DNA of 64,000 nucleotides from Alphaproteobacteria bacterium (GCA_963665325.3 OZ224045.1:2432001-2496000), one strand, 5' to 3'. Counted from the first letter of the stretch, positions 48,848 to 58,630 are shown. Notes: generated from the letters alone by a model not told the origin. Numbers and translations: made by a program.

Positions 48848-49825
48848 ATGCGCGTGATCCTTTGCCGCGAGCTCGGCTCGCCCGATGTGCTGACTGTCGA
48901 GGAGCGGCCCGATCCGGAGCCGGGCATGGGCGAGGTGCTGGTCCGGCAGGAGGCCTGGGGCGTCAACTATGTCGATGCGCTGATGGTAGCGGGCGGCTAC
49001 CAGCTGAAACCCGACCTGCCGTTCGTGCCCGGGCTGGAAGCCGCCGGGACGGTTATTGCCACGGGCTTCGGCAGCAATTTCTTCGAACCGGGCGACCGGG
49101 TGGTCGTGAGCCACCGGCCCGGCGCCTTCGCGGAACTGGCGACGGTCACCTTCGACCGCGTGAGGAGGGCGCCGCCGGAACTCGACATGGCGGAAGCCGC
49201 CGTGTTCCGCTCCGCCTACCACACGGCCCTTCATGCGCTGCTGCAGCGGGGACGGCTGGCGCCGGGCGAGAGCGTTCTCGTGCTGGGCGCGGCCGGCGGC
49301 GTCGGCATGGCGGCGGTGCATTGCGCGAAGCGCTTGGGTGCGCAGGTGATCGCCGCGGCGGCCGGAGAGGAAAAATTGGCCGCGCTTCGCAGGCAGGGGG
49401 CCGATGTCGTCATCGACTATCGCCAGGGATTCCGCACGGCGGTGCTGGCCGCGACCGGCGGGCGCGGCGCCGATGTCGTTTACGACCCCGTGGGCGGCGA
49501 CGCCTTCGACGAGGCGATGCGCTCGACCGCGTGGGGCGGGCGCATCCTGGCCATCGGTTTCACGAGCGGGCGTCGGCCGGTCGCCAAGGTCAACCATATC
49601 CTCATCAAGGGCGTGGAAGTGATCGGGGTGCGCGCAGGCGAGGCGGGACGGCGCAATCCGAACCTGCCCGAAGAGACCTGGCGCTACCTGACCCGCTGGG
49701 TGGCAGAGGACGGCCTGCGCCCACATATCAGCCACCGCATCCCGTTTTCCCGCGCGGCCGAGGCGTTGCAACTGGTGCTCGACCGCAAGGTCATCGGGAA
49801 GGCGGTGCTGGTCCCCGATGGCTAG
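48848..49825 (+). CDS. NADPH:quinone oxidoreductase (MDR family)
   Basis: GVNYVD, PFVPGLEAAG, GAAGGVG and DVVYDPVGG motifs. Confidence 0.92.
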   Translation: MRVILCRELGSPDVLTVEERPDPEPGMGEVLVRQEAWGVNYVDALMVAGGYQLKPDLPFVPGLEAAGTVIATGFGSNFFEPGDRVVVSHRPGAFAELATVTFDRVRRAPPELDMAEAAVFRSAYHTALHALLQRGRLAPGESVLVLGAAGGVGMAAVHCAKRLGAQVIAAAAGEEKLAALRRQGADVVIDYRQGFRTAVLAATGGRGADVVYDPVGGDAFDEAMRSTAWGGRILAIGFTSGRRPVAKVNHILIKGVEVIGVRAGEAGRRNPNLPEETWRYLTRWVAEDGLRPHISHRIPFSRAAEALQLVLDRKVIGKAVLVPDG

Positions 49826-49902
49826 CCTGGCTTGCGGCCATCCGCGAAACGCTGGAATTCTGCCGATCCATCCGCAGCGATAAAAGAAAGGCGCGCTCCC
49901 CG

Positions 49903-52194
49903 ATGACGCTTCCGCTCGACGGCATCACCGTCCTCGATCTCACTTCCGGCCCGGCCGGCGCCTTTGCGGGAATGTTGCTCGGCGATTCGGGCGCGCGGGT
50001 GCTCCGCGCGGTTCACCCGGCGGCTCCGTTGCACCGGACTGGCGGCTTCACCGTCTGGGACCGCGGCAAGGAGGCATTCGACTGGGACCCCGAAGGCGCC
50101 GGAGCGGAAGATGCGCTCGCGCGCCTGCTGCCGGGTGCGGATGTTCTGTTGCAGGACTTCGCGCCCGCCGCGCCGCAACAGGCGCTGGTGGCGCCGGAGA
50201 AGCTGCGGGCATTGAATCCGCGCCTCGTCGCCTGCTCGATCACCGCCTACGGCATGAAGGGCCGGTGGCGGGACGACCCGCCGGTGGACGACCTGGTGAT
50301 GGCGCGCACCGGCATTCTCTCCGGCATGCCGGGCTTCAGGCCCGCGCCGGTGCATGTGCCGCATCCGCTGCCGAGCACCGGGGCGGCGTTGTTCGCCTGC
50401 ATCGGCGCGGCCGCAAGCCTGCTCGCGCGGGAGACCACGGGCCGCGGCCGCATCGTCGAGACCTCGCTGCTGGCGGGCGCGCTGCTCTTTCACCCGAAAG
50501 TGGTCGCCGAAAACATCCCGCCGCTCGTGTTCCAGACCCACCCTTCGGGAAGCGCGCCCTTCTACAGCCTCTATGAATGTGCGGACGGCGAATATATCCA
50601 GATCGGCTGCGTGCATGAGCGCTTCATCGCCCGCGCATCCGAGATCATGGGCATTGGCGAGCTCGTCGCCGAGCCCCGGTTCGATAATGTGCGTCGGGGC
50701 GACGGGATGACGGAGGAGGAGGAACTCCGCGCTGCGATCGCGGGGGCAATGAAGACGCGCGACGCCGCCGACTGGGCCGCCGATTTCGAGGCGGCCGATG
50801 TGCCGTTCGCGCCGGTCCGGCAGGGTCCGGTCGTCCTCGACGATCCGCAGATCCGCCACAATGCCATGGTGCTCGCGCTTGAGGACCCGGCGCTTGGCGA
50901 CACCGTGCAGATGGGTGCGCCGATCCGCTTCGCCGAGACGCCGGCGGACCCGAGGCCACGCGCAGTCGCTTCGGGGCCCGCGCCCGAGCTTGCGCCGTTG
51001 GCCGCGGAAGCCGTGCCGGCGGCAAGCGACGGGCAAGACCCGCCGCCGCTCGCCGGGGTCAGGGTGCTGGAGATCACGAACCTCATCGCCGGGCCGACGG
51101 GTGGGCGGCTGCTTGGCGATCTGGGCGCCGATGTGATCAAGCTGGAGCCGCCGGGCGGCGACATCTCGCGGCCCATCGGGCGCAATTACTTCTACAACCT
51201 GAACTTCAACAAGCGCTCCTTTTGCGTGGACGCGCGCAAACCGGGCGGCAGGGAAGCGATCCAGCGGGTGGCGGCCAGCTGCGACATGATGCTCGCCAAC
51301 CTCCGCCCCGGCGCGACGCACCGCATGGGCATCGGCGCGGATGTCGATCCGGAGCTTATCGAGACGCATGTCACCGGCTACGGCCTGACGGGACCCTACT
51401 CGAAGCGGCCGGGCATCGACCCGCTGGCGCAGGCGTTGATGGGCCTGTCGCGCGCCCAGGGCGGAAGCGGCAACCCGCCTTCCTTCGCTGCCCAGCTTGC
51501 GCCGACCGATTTCACCGCCGGCGCCATGGCGACGCTCGGCTCGATCCTGGCGCTTTATGCGCGCCGGCGGGGCAAGGCCTCGCGCCGGGTGGACAGCAAC
51601 CTGCTCAATGCCGCCGTGGTGCTGAGTTCGCCCTGGTTCGGAAAGTGGCAGGGCAAGCCGGAACGGCCGCTTGCCGACACCGGCCAGCACGGTATCGACG
51701 CTTTCCACCGGCTCTACCGGGTGGCCGACGGCTGGATCTATGTTGCGGCGGATACGGAGGAGGCGCGGGCGGCGTTGACGGGCTCGCTCGGGGTGGGCGC
51801 GATGGACCCCGCCGGCGGCGGGCATCCGGCAGAATCGCCGCTGGCCCGGGCAATGGAAGCTGCCTTCGCCGCCCGCCGGGCGGAAGAGGCGTTGGAGGCG
51901 CTGAACGCGGCCGGCGTGCCTGCTGCGGAGGCGCGGAGCGGGGCGAGCGAAGTCTTCTTCGACGACGAGTCCGCGCACGCGAACGGCCTGGTTACGGAAG
52001 CCTGCCACCCGACGGCCGGCCGAATGCGGATTGCATGGAACTATATCGGCTTCCGCGACACCGCATCCTCCGCCGCCCGGCCGACGCCGTTGCTCGGCGA
52101 GCACAGCGCCGACGTGCTGACCGAAGCCGGCGCGGATGCAGCCGAGATCGAGGCACTGTTGGCCTCGGGCGCGGTGCTGGCGGAGCGCGGCTAG
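49903..52194 (+). CDS. Two-domain (fused) CaiB/BaiF CoA-transferase
   Basis: Two class III CoA-transferase domains (PLDGITVLDL...DRGK and PLAGVRVLE...NFNKRS). Confidence 0.88.
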   Translation: MTLPLDGITVLDLTSGPAGAFAGMLLGDSGARVLRAVHPAAPLHRTGGFTVWDRGKEAFDWDPEGAGAEDALARLLPGADVLLQDFAPAAPQQALVAPEKLRALNPRLVACSITAYGMKGRWRDDPPVDDLVMARTGILSGMPGFRPAPVHVPHPLPSTGAALFACIGAAASLLARETTGRGRIVETSLLAGALLFHPKVVAENIPPLVFQTHPSGSAPFYSLYECADGEYIQIGCVHERFIARASEIMGIGELVAEPRFDNVRRGDGMTEEEELRAAIAGAMKTRDAADWAADFEAADVPFAPVRQGPVVLDDPQIRHNAMVLALEDPALGDTVQMGAPIRFAETPADPRPRAVASGPAPELAPLAAEAVPAASDGQDPPPLAGVRVLEITNLIAGPTGGRLLGDLGADVIKLEPPGGDISRPIGRNYFYNLNFNKRSFCVDARKPGGREAIQRVAASCDMMLANLRPGATHRMGIGADVDPELIETHVTGYGLTGPYSKRPGIDPLAQALMGLSRAQGGSGNPPSFAAQLAPTDFTAGAMATLGSILALYARRRGKASRRVDSNLLNAAVVLSSPWFGKWQGKPERPLADTGQHGIDAFHRLYRVADGWIYVAADTEEARAALTGSLGVGAMDPAGGGHPAESPLARAMEAAFAARRAEEALEALNAAGVPAAEARSGASEVFFDDESAHANGLVTEACHPTAGRMRIAWNYIGFRDTASSAARPTPLLGEHSADVLTEAGADAAEIEALLASGAVLAERG

Positions 52195-52200
52195 GCCGCC

Positions 52201-53373
52201 TCAGGCCGCTTTGGCGGTCTGCCGCTCGCGGAAGGGCGCCATCACCTCCTTGCCGAAGAGCTCCAGCTGCTTGAGCATCACCGCGAGCGGCGTGCCCATG
52301 CTGGACTGGACATTGATGTCCTCGAGGCCGGGATACTTGGCCTGCAGCGCCTCCAGATAGTCGATGAAGCCCTCCGGCGGGCCGCAATACCAGGAACCTG
52401 CCTCGACCGCGCGTTCCAGCGTCGGGATGTTCATCTCGGCCCAGTCGCCGCGCTCGCTCACCCGCTGCAGCTGCTCGGGCTTCATCGGCACCATGCCGAG
52501 CGGCGCGAACATCTTGACGTGTTCCTCGAAATAGGGCGACGCCTCGCGGATCGCCTGTTCCTTCGTCTCGGCAATGTGGTAGTTCAGGCCGATGCAGAGA
52601 TTCTCGCCGATCTGCACATCGTGGCCGGCGCGCTCCCAGGCTTCCTTAAAAGCGACGATGGGCCGCTCCGCCATCAGCGCCGAGCCGCCGCCGACAATGC
52701 CCTTGATGCCCTGCTGCGCCATGAAGTCGAGCCCGCGCGGCTGCGCGCTCACGATCGGCTGCCAGCATTCCACCGGCTGGTTGACCGGGCGCGGTACAAG
52801 CGTGATCTCCTCCAGGTCGTAGCCGCGATAGGGCACGCGCGGCGGCAGGGTGTAGTTCTTGCCCTGGTGCGTGAAGTGTTCTTCCCGGAAGGATCTGAGG
52901 ATGATTTCCACCTGCTCCTCGAACAGGTCCCGGTTGGCGTCGCCGTCCATCAGCACGCCGCCCAGCGTCTCCACCTCGCGTGTGTGGTAGCCGCGCCCGA
53001 CTCCGAAGATCACCCGGCCCTTGGTCAGGATGTCGGCCGTAGCGAAATCCTCCGCAAGGCGGAGCGGATGCCACATGGTGGTGACATTGAAGCCGCAGCC
53101 GAACCGGAGCCGCTTCGTCAGGTGGGCCAGATGCACGAAGAACAGCGGCAGGTTCGGGATGCACTCATAGCCCTCGTGCTGGAAGTGGTGCTCGGCCAGC
53201 CAGAAGGCGTCGTAGCCGAGCTCGTCCATGCGCACGGCCATCTTCTCGGTCTTTTCGAATACCGTGGCCAGCCGGTCGTTGTCGTAGCGCCGGTCGTTCG
53301 CCGGCGTGGCGTCCTGGCCCATATCGTCCAGGTCGATATGCCCGGCAAACAGGCTTCCGAAGCGCTTGATCAC
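52201..53373 (-). CDS. Luciferase-like (LLM) flavin-dependent oxidoreductase
   Basis: WLAEHHF, WHPLRLAED and GRV.FGVGRGY motifs; GGAGGA RBS before GTG 53373. Confidence 0.9.
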   Translation of the reverse strand: MIKRFGSLFAGHIDLDDMGQDATPANDRRYDNDRLATVFEKTEKMAVRMDELGYDAFWLAEHHFQHEGYECIPNLPLFFVHLAHLTKRLRFGCGFNVTTMWHPLRLAEDFATADILTKGRVIFGVGRGYHTREVETLGGVLMDGDANRDLFEEQVEIILRSFREEHFTHQGKNYTLPPRVPYRGYDLEEITLVPRPVNQPVECWQPIVSAQPRGLDFMAQQGIKGIVGGGSALMAERPIVAFKEAWERAGHDVQIGENLCIGLNYHIAETKEQAIREASPYFEEHVKMFAPLGMVPMKPEQLQRVSERGDWAEMNIPTLERAVEAGSWYCGPPEGFIDYLEALQAKYPGLEDINVQSSMGTPLAVMLKQLELFGKEVMAPFRERQTAKAA

Positions 53374-53691
53374 AATCTCGTTCCTCCATTGCGTTGGGCG
53401 CCCAGTCCGCCCGGCTGAGCCCCTTACAGGTTGTTGCCCGTTGTTGATGATACATGCGTTGTCCTTATCGCATAAGGCAGGCGCGGCCCTCCACTCCGAG
53501 CCGCCGGCCCGCCGCACAGTACTGACGTGAAGCGTCGTTCAAAGCTGATGATGTCTTGCTCGCCTTCAATCAGAGCCCTCGTGACCCTATGTGTCCCGGC
53601 AGCCCTGATACAGGCCCTTCCTTTCCTTTGGTGCCCCGTACACCGCACCAGTCGCCGTGCTGGTATCAATGCGAATGATTATTTTTTATTA

Positions 53692-53720
53692 TTGACTTTA
53701 GAAATATTATGTTCTATAAT
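53692..53720 (+). promoter_or_regulatory. Near-consensus sigma70 promoter
   Basis: TTGACT-17 nt-TATAAT, 26 nt before the GTG at 53747, with an AT-rich upstream tract. Confidence 0.75.
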
Positions 53721-54901
53721 CTATCAGCATTGACTAAGAGATAGCCGTGTTAAGGATCTTGTCCTTCAGTATTGTGTTTGGCCTCGTCCTTAGTGCCTTA
53801 CTAGTTTTCGGTTCTATGACTGGCCTCTCAAAAGATCTAGGTCGCAATTTGGAGCTTATATTTGGCCCTGTACGATGGTCCGGCGTTCGTTCCTATGTTC
53901 CACCATCTATATTGATTGGTCTCTGGATATCTATTGCACTATCCCAATTCGTTCCCTCTTGGCGTATTAAGGATAAGTCCCATCTTCCTCGATGGCCTCT
54001 AAAGGTTCAGTCGGGTTGGGCATTAATTTTGCGCGGAATAATCGCACTAATGGCAGTTATGCTTGTATCAATTTTGATTGCCAAATCGATACCAAATGCG
54101 CATAGATTCATTGATGAGACGTTTTCCATTATGGTCCCAATTGTTGTCTTTTTTGGGTTCCTTTTATATGATGCTAGGATCTACATATTCTCGGATCCTA
54201 GTCAGAAAGGAGATCGGACATCTGAGAATGAAAGCGGAAACGTTGATGCCTTGATTTGGCCAAATCCTATACAAGTGGTCCCCGGAATTGTAGGAACATT
54301 GGATTGCCGAATAGCAGTAGCGCAGGATTTGAGGCGGAGAGCAGAGCGTCTGTACCAGTTTTCGTCCTACACCTTGCGCGCCATAGGAGCTCTTCTGGTG
54401 GTAGCAGTCTTGGTGATACTATTTTCCGGATTCATAGCGGGCTTAGGTGTTGGAGAGACGGTCATAGAACGAGCGCGTTCTATTGCAAGTACCGAGAAGA
54501 ATAAATTGGACAAATTGAAACGATCAGGGCGACAAGTTGAAAATAAAATTAATAGAAGTAGAGAAGAGTATTCACGGGAGAACCTGGGAAGTGTAGAGGA
54601 AATTTTGTTGGGCAAATATGATGCAAAAATGGCTCTAAATGATTCAAGATTTCGAGAATTGCTGGCAGACGAAGAAGAATCATTGGCGCAAATAAGATAT
54701 CAAGAAGATATAGTAAAAGTTGTCGTAGCTGCAGAAGGAGTGGCGCTACAAAAAACGGTCACTGGACAGATCAAGCCACGCGGTCAAGAAGAGGATGCAA
54801 ACCTTCTAATAGCGTCAGGAGTTACAAGATTTGGAGTCTTGTTTGTGCTAATATTTATGATACAAATTTTGGTGATTATGGCGAATGCTAGCCAGAGGCC
54901 C

Positions 54902-55084
54902 TCAAGCCTTTGCGCCAGTGGGCTTTTTCTGCCGGCGGATGCGAAGCGAAGGGTCCGGCCGCTTCACGCCTGAGAAAAATGTCCGCGCGGCCTGCTCCGG
55001 GCTGCTCGCCGGCAGCTTGATGACCCTGGTCATAGGGCGGCCGCGAGGGCGCTTCTGGGACTCGCTCTTCTTCGAGGCTGGCAT
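54902..55084 (-). CDS. Small basic protein with an RPRGRP (AT-hook-like) motif at the transposon end
   Basis: 60-aa ORF with an upstream GGAG; KRPRGRP...PEQAAR. Confidence 0.5.
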   Translation of the reverse strand: MPASKKSESQKRPRGRPMTRVIKLPASSPEQAARTFFSGVKRPDPSLRIRRQKKPTGAKA

Positions 55085-55117
55085 TTCGGCATCTCCGTTT
55101 TATCGGCTTGCGGCGCG

Positions 55118-55465
55118 TTACAAGCCAGTTCCCTTCACATAATCGCCCATTCCCATTGAGCGAAGCTGCTCCTCAAGTTCGACCAGGCGCTTCTCGGTCG
55201 CGGTTCGATCCTCTACAAGCGCGCCGATCTCTTCCCGCGAAGGCCATACGCATTCCTTCACCATCATGCTGTGGGAACTTTCGGCAACGAACAGTCCACC
55301 ATCCTTGAGGTGGCCTGTCGTCTCACCCTTGATAAGGCGAGTGCCCAATGTGACGTTCTGCATCAACCGATCGGCCTTGGCGTTCAAGCAGCCCAATTTC
55401 TGCCGCGTATCCTTATGCTCTTGCAGCGCGTTCCCAATGAGCGCCGCGCGCTCGGCCTCCGTCAT
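55118..55465 (-). CDS. Hypothetical helical/coiled-coil protein (IS passenger)
   Basis: 115-aa ORF with a GGGG-type RBS and protein-like composition. Confidence 0.6.
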   Translation of the reverse strand: MTEAERAALIGNALQEHKDTRQKLGCLNAKADRLMQNVTLGTRLIKGETTGHLKDGGLFVAESSHSMMVKECVWPSREEIGALVEDRTATEKRLVELEEQLRSMGMGDYVKGTGL

Positions 55466-55536
55466 CGCCGTTCCCCGCTTCGTGCCACCGGCTACGCGCC
55501 ATCATACCACGTCCCGACATAACCGAGCAGTAAGCC

Positions 55537-56334
55537 CTATCTGAACGCTGCCTCACTGTAGCGTAGCAAGACCTTGCGAGCCTTGCCTCGCGCTCGCATC
55601 TGTATCGTCCACAGCCAGAACCCAATACGGCGGAACCGGCCTCGTGCCGTCCGGCGATCATCCTTCCAGCCTTGCTTGGCGATGCGGGTCGGTTCAGTAT
55701 CCGACTCCCATTTGTCGAGCTGTTGCCGTGCCATTGCCGGGCAGACCTGTATCGGGCGCAAGTTGCGCGCCGCAGTAGAATCGACCCGGTTGAAGATGAG
55801 ATGGTCTATCGGCATCCGCAGGGGTGTTCCTGCATCCAGAACGAACCCAGCCGCTTCTCGATTGACCATGTAGGCCCCGCCACCGCCGTTCCAGCGGCAC
55901 AGTTCTCGCATGGCGCGGCCTGATGGCGTCCTGCCAACCGGGCGTCCCAACAGCCGGGGCAGTTCAAAGGTCGTCTCGATCTTCACCAGGCCGAACGGAG
56001 GCGGCGGCCACCACTCCATGTCCGCGAGTAGGCCGGGTGTATCTGGGGCAAGTTCTACATCGTCTTCCAGGATGAGCGCCGCCGGAGCATCGGTCGCCAG
56101 GAACGCGCCCAGCGCCTTGTAGTGCGAGAGCGTGCAGGCTTCGTCGCCTATACCGATCATTCGGTCCGGCGGATTGCCGTTCGTCTCAGCCTCCCATTTA
56201 TCTTGATCGGCCAACAATCGGGCATCGATAGCTTGAACGCGCGTTGCCTCAATGCCGAGGCGGTCCAGTTGCGCAGACATGGCCTCCCACCGGTCGGGCC
56301 GGCGGTCGAGATTGATGACGAAGACAGGCAGCAC
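55537..56334 (-). CDS. Glycosyltransferase family 25 (LPS/LOS biosynthesis type), IS passenger
   Basis: VFVINLDRRPDR, ACTLSH, ALILEDDV, AYMVNR.AA and PIDH motifs. Confidence 0.88.
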   Translation of the reverse strand: MLPVFVINLDRRPDRWEAMSAQLDRLGIEATRVQAIDARLLADQDKWEAETNGNPPDRMIGIGDEACTLSHYKALGAFLATDAPAALILEDDVELAPDTPGLLADMEWWPPPPFGLVKIETTFELPRLLGRPVGRTPSGRAMRELCRWNGGGGAYMVNREAAGFVLDAGTPLRMPIDHLIFNRVDSTAARNLRPIQVCPAMARQQLDKWESDTEPTRIAKQGWKDDRRTARGRFRRIGFWLWTIQMRARGKARKVLLRYSEAAFR

Positions 56335-56787
56335 GGCGGACCCTCACAAGGCCCGTCGCTGGTGCCGGGCCGTTGTGACCAATCCGCAGGAATGCAGAGG
56401 CCCCGCCTATTCGCCAAGCGCAGGGAGCTACCCCGTGCCGGGTATCAGGCTGTTCTATTCAGCGGGCGACCCGACGAAGCGGGATGCCCACGGATTGGTC
56501 ACGAGGTCAGTCTGCGTTCTGAGAAATATCAGTGCAAGCGCGGCATAGCCGCTATAGGTCAGGCGTCCCGAGGGTCACTCCTCCCCCTCGGGGCGTCTTT
56601 CTGGAGGCTGGTCCGCCTGCTGCGCCGCTGCTACCGTGGCTTGGATCGTGGGTGTTTGACGCGTACGCTCGCGGGACGGGCAGGCCCCGGAGGGAATGCT
56701 AGTCCCCTCTGGGGCCGTCATGGCATAGCGCTTGACCGAGTCTCTGCAGGTCGGTTTCATGGAATGTGAGGAACGGGAGGACGGACG

Positions 56788-56997
56788 ATGGCCGATCACG
56801 ATACGAACGTGACCCCCAGCGAAGCGCGCGACAAGCTCAAGACGACGCTTCGCCAAGTTGCAAACGGAGAACCAACTAGCGCGACAGCGACAGAGCGTAT
56901 GCGCGCCGCCCTTGCGCTTGCTACTTTGGACGACGGAGTTCCTTCTACAAAGGCCGGTTACCTTCGGCATGTAATCAACGGTACGACAAACCAATGA
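56788..56997 (+). CDS. Hypothetical small protein (IS passenger)
   Basis: GGAGG RBS; ATGA coupling to the next ORF. Confidence 0.55.
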   Translation: MADHDTNVTPSEARDKLKTTLRQVANGEPTSATATERMRAALALATLDDGVPSTKAGYLRHVINGTTNQ

Positions 56998-57272
56998 GTG
57001 TATTTTTGGTCGCTCTCGTACAACCTCATGAAGGCGCTTGGATTTCTATTCAAACGGAGTGGCCTGATGGCCATCGTCTCGTTAGCGATACAGTCGCTCT
57101 CATTGCTACGCGAGATGCAAAAACTGCGGAGGAGGTAGGTAATCAAATTGGAATTCAAACCAGAGCAGACGACCCTACAGGCATTGTAGCCGAGTTGATA
57201 CCAGGGAAACTTGGAGGCGCTATGCCGACTAGCCTTGTAAATTGGCTTGCAGAGGTGCGTGATCGTGTCTGA
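56994..57272 (+). CDS. Hypothetical small alpha/beta protein (IS passenger)
   Basis: 92 aa, coupled to its neighbours, with a beta-alpha-beta-beta-alpha-beta-like hydrophobic pattern. Confidence 0.6.
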   Translation: MSVFLVALVQPHEGAWISIQTEWPDGHRLVSDTVALIATRDAKTAEEVGNQIGIQTRADDPTGIVAELIPGKLGGAMPTSLVNWLAEVRDRV

Positions 57273-57615
57273 TGATAAAGTATTGCTAGCTGAACTTGCA
57301 AAAAAGCTTGGGCTTCAGTCTATTCAATCTATAAACGCAGAAGCCAACCTAGAAGTTCAACGGATACTCGGTAATCTGGAAGCAAAGACTAACGGCTTGC
57401 ATGACACAATAACGGGCATCAACAGCAATCTTGAAGGCAGAATTAAGGAAACAAATACATCCATAAAAGACCTTTCGGATGATACGAACAAACGTCTTAG
57501 ATTCATTGAAAGGCTAGCTTGGTCAACATTAGGAGGCGTCACAGTCTTGGGCGTGATATTGATCTGGATTGTGCGTCCAATCATCTTGCTAGCGATAGAA
57601 AAGGCACTTCAATAG
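57265..57615 (+). CDS. Hypothetical coiled-coil protein with a C-terminal TM anchor (IS passenger)
   Basis: Heptad-rich region followed by WSTLGGVTVLGVILIWIV; GAGGT RBS before GTG 57265. Confidence 0.65.
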   Translation: MSDDKVLLAELAKKLGLQSIQSINAEANLEVQRILGNLEAKTNGLHDTITGINSNLEGRIKETNTSIKDLSDDTNKRLRFIERLAWSTLGGVTVLGVILIWIVRPIILLAIEKALQ

Positions 57616-57631
57616 CCCATTTCGTTGATGG

Positions 57632-58609
57632 TCAGGACGCTCTCGCCCCTGACTGCAGGCCATTGTCGGCGATGAGGTCGCGGTAGCGCAACCGCTTGCC
57701 GATGACGCCGCGCACGAGGACGCGCATCATGTCGATGGTGTCCAGATCGCGGATATTCTGGCGTCCAGCGAACTCGCGGATATAGCGGTCCAAGTGCTTC
57801 TGGGACAGCTTGTGGAAGGTGCCGTGGTATGAGCGCTTGAAGAGGCTCCAGAACGCTTCCATGCCGTTGGTCGTCACGTCCCCTCTGGCGTACTCGCCGG
57901 CCTTGTGATCGACGCTCTCATGCGGGCGCTTTTTTCCGAGGCTGCGGTAGGGGGAACCATCATCGGTATAGACGGTGGTGGTTTCCTCGGTGCGATCGAG
58001 GACGAAGCCTTGGAGGGTTTCCTTGTTGGCGCGCTCGACGACCGCCGCGCTGATCTGCTTTGAAGGTCGATCCCTGACGCCGGCGACGATGGCCTTGCCT
58101 TCTGACGGCGACCATTTCCGATGCCGCTTCGAGGCGTGCTTGTTCTTCTCCTTGCCGCCGATGAATGTCTCATCGGCCTCGACCGGGCCGGGGAAGGGCT
58201 TCCCGACGCCGGCCTCGAAGCCCTCGCGGATGCGCTGCATGAGGAACCAAGCTGTCTTCTGCGGGATCTTCAGGTCGCGATGCACCTTCATGCTGGCCGT
58301 GCCCTTGATGCCCGAGGCCATCAGATAGAAGGCGATGGCCCATTTGCGGAGGCCGAGCTTGCTGTCCTGCATGGCCGTGCCCTTGCGGACGCTGAAATGC
58401 GCTCTGCAATCGCGGCATCGGTAGGGCATGGGTTTGCGGTTCTTGCAGACGGCGTGATTGAGCGACCCGCACTCTGGGCAGTAGATGCCGTCCGGCCAGC
58501 GCTGCGCCTCGAACCATTTTTCGGCCGTCGCATCATCGGGGAACATATCGTTCAGCTCCATGATGGAGATGGCCTTGCGGTGCGCGCGTCCTGGTGCTTT
58601 CTTTCCCAT
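57632..58609 (-). CDS. IS1595-family transposase
   Basis: Zn ribbon (RWPDGIYCPEC...CRDC), HTH (KTAWFLMQRIRE), and catalytic VEADETFIGG, VYTD and TTNGMEAFWSLFKR; AGAGGAGG RBS. Confidence 0.95.
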   Translation of the reverse strand: MGKKAPGRAHRKAISIMELNDMFPDDATAEKWFEAQRWPDGIYCPECGSLNHAVCKNRKPMPYRCRDCRAHFSVRKGTAMQDSKLGLRKWAIAFYLMASGIKGTASMKVHRDLKIPQKTAWFLMQRIREGFEAGVGKPFPGPVEADETFIGGKEKNKHASKRHRKWSPSEGKAIVAGVRDRPSKQISAAVVERANKETLQGFVLDRTEETTTVYTDDGSPYRSLGKKRPHESVDHKAGEYARGDVTTNGMEAFWSLFKRSYHGTFHKLSQKHLDRYIREFAGRQNIRDLDTIDMMRVLVRGVIGKRLRYRDLIADNGLQSGARAS

Positions 58610-58630
58610 GCATCCTCCTCTTTGGATAGC

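Noticed and set aside
48826-52194. 1122-aa ORF as a single large protein
   Set aside because: The N-terminal third is an off-frame overlap of the quinone oxidoreductase; the real start is ATG 49903.
53546-53552. CTGATGA hammerhead-like core
   Set aside because: No flanking stems or downstream GAAA in register.
56373-56504. tRNA, hammerhead or HDV-like ribozyme interpretation of the cloverleaf
   Set aside because: No T-loop or D-loop consensus, no CUGAUGA/GAAA core, and no HDV P3/L3 arrangement.
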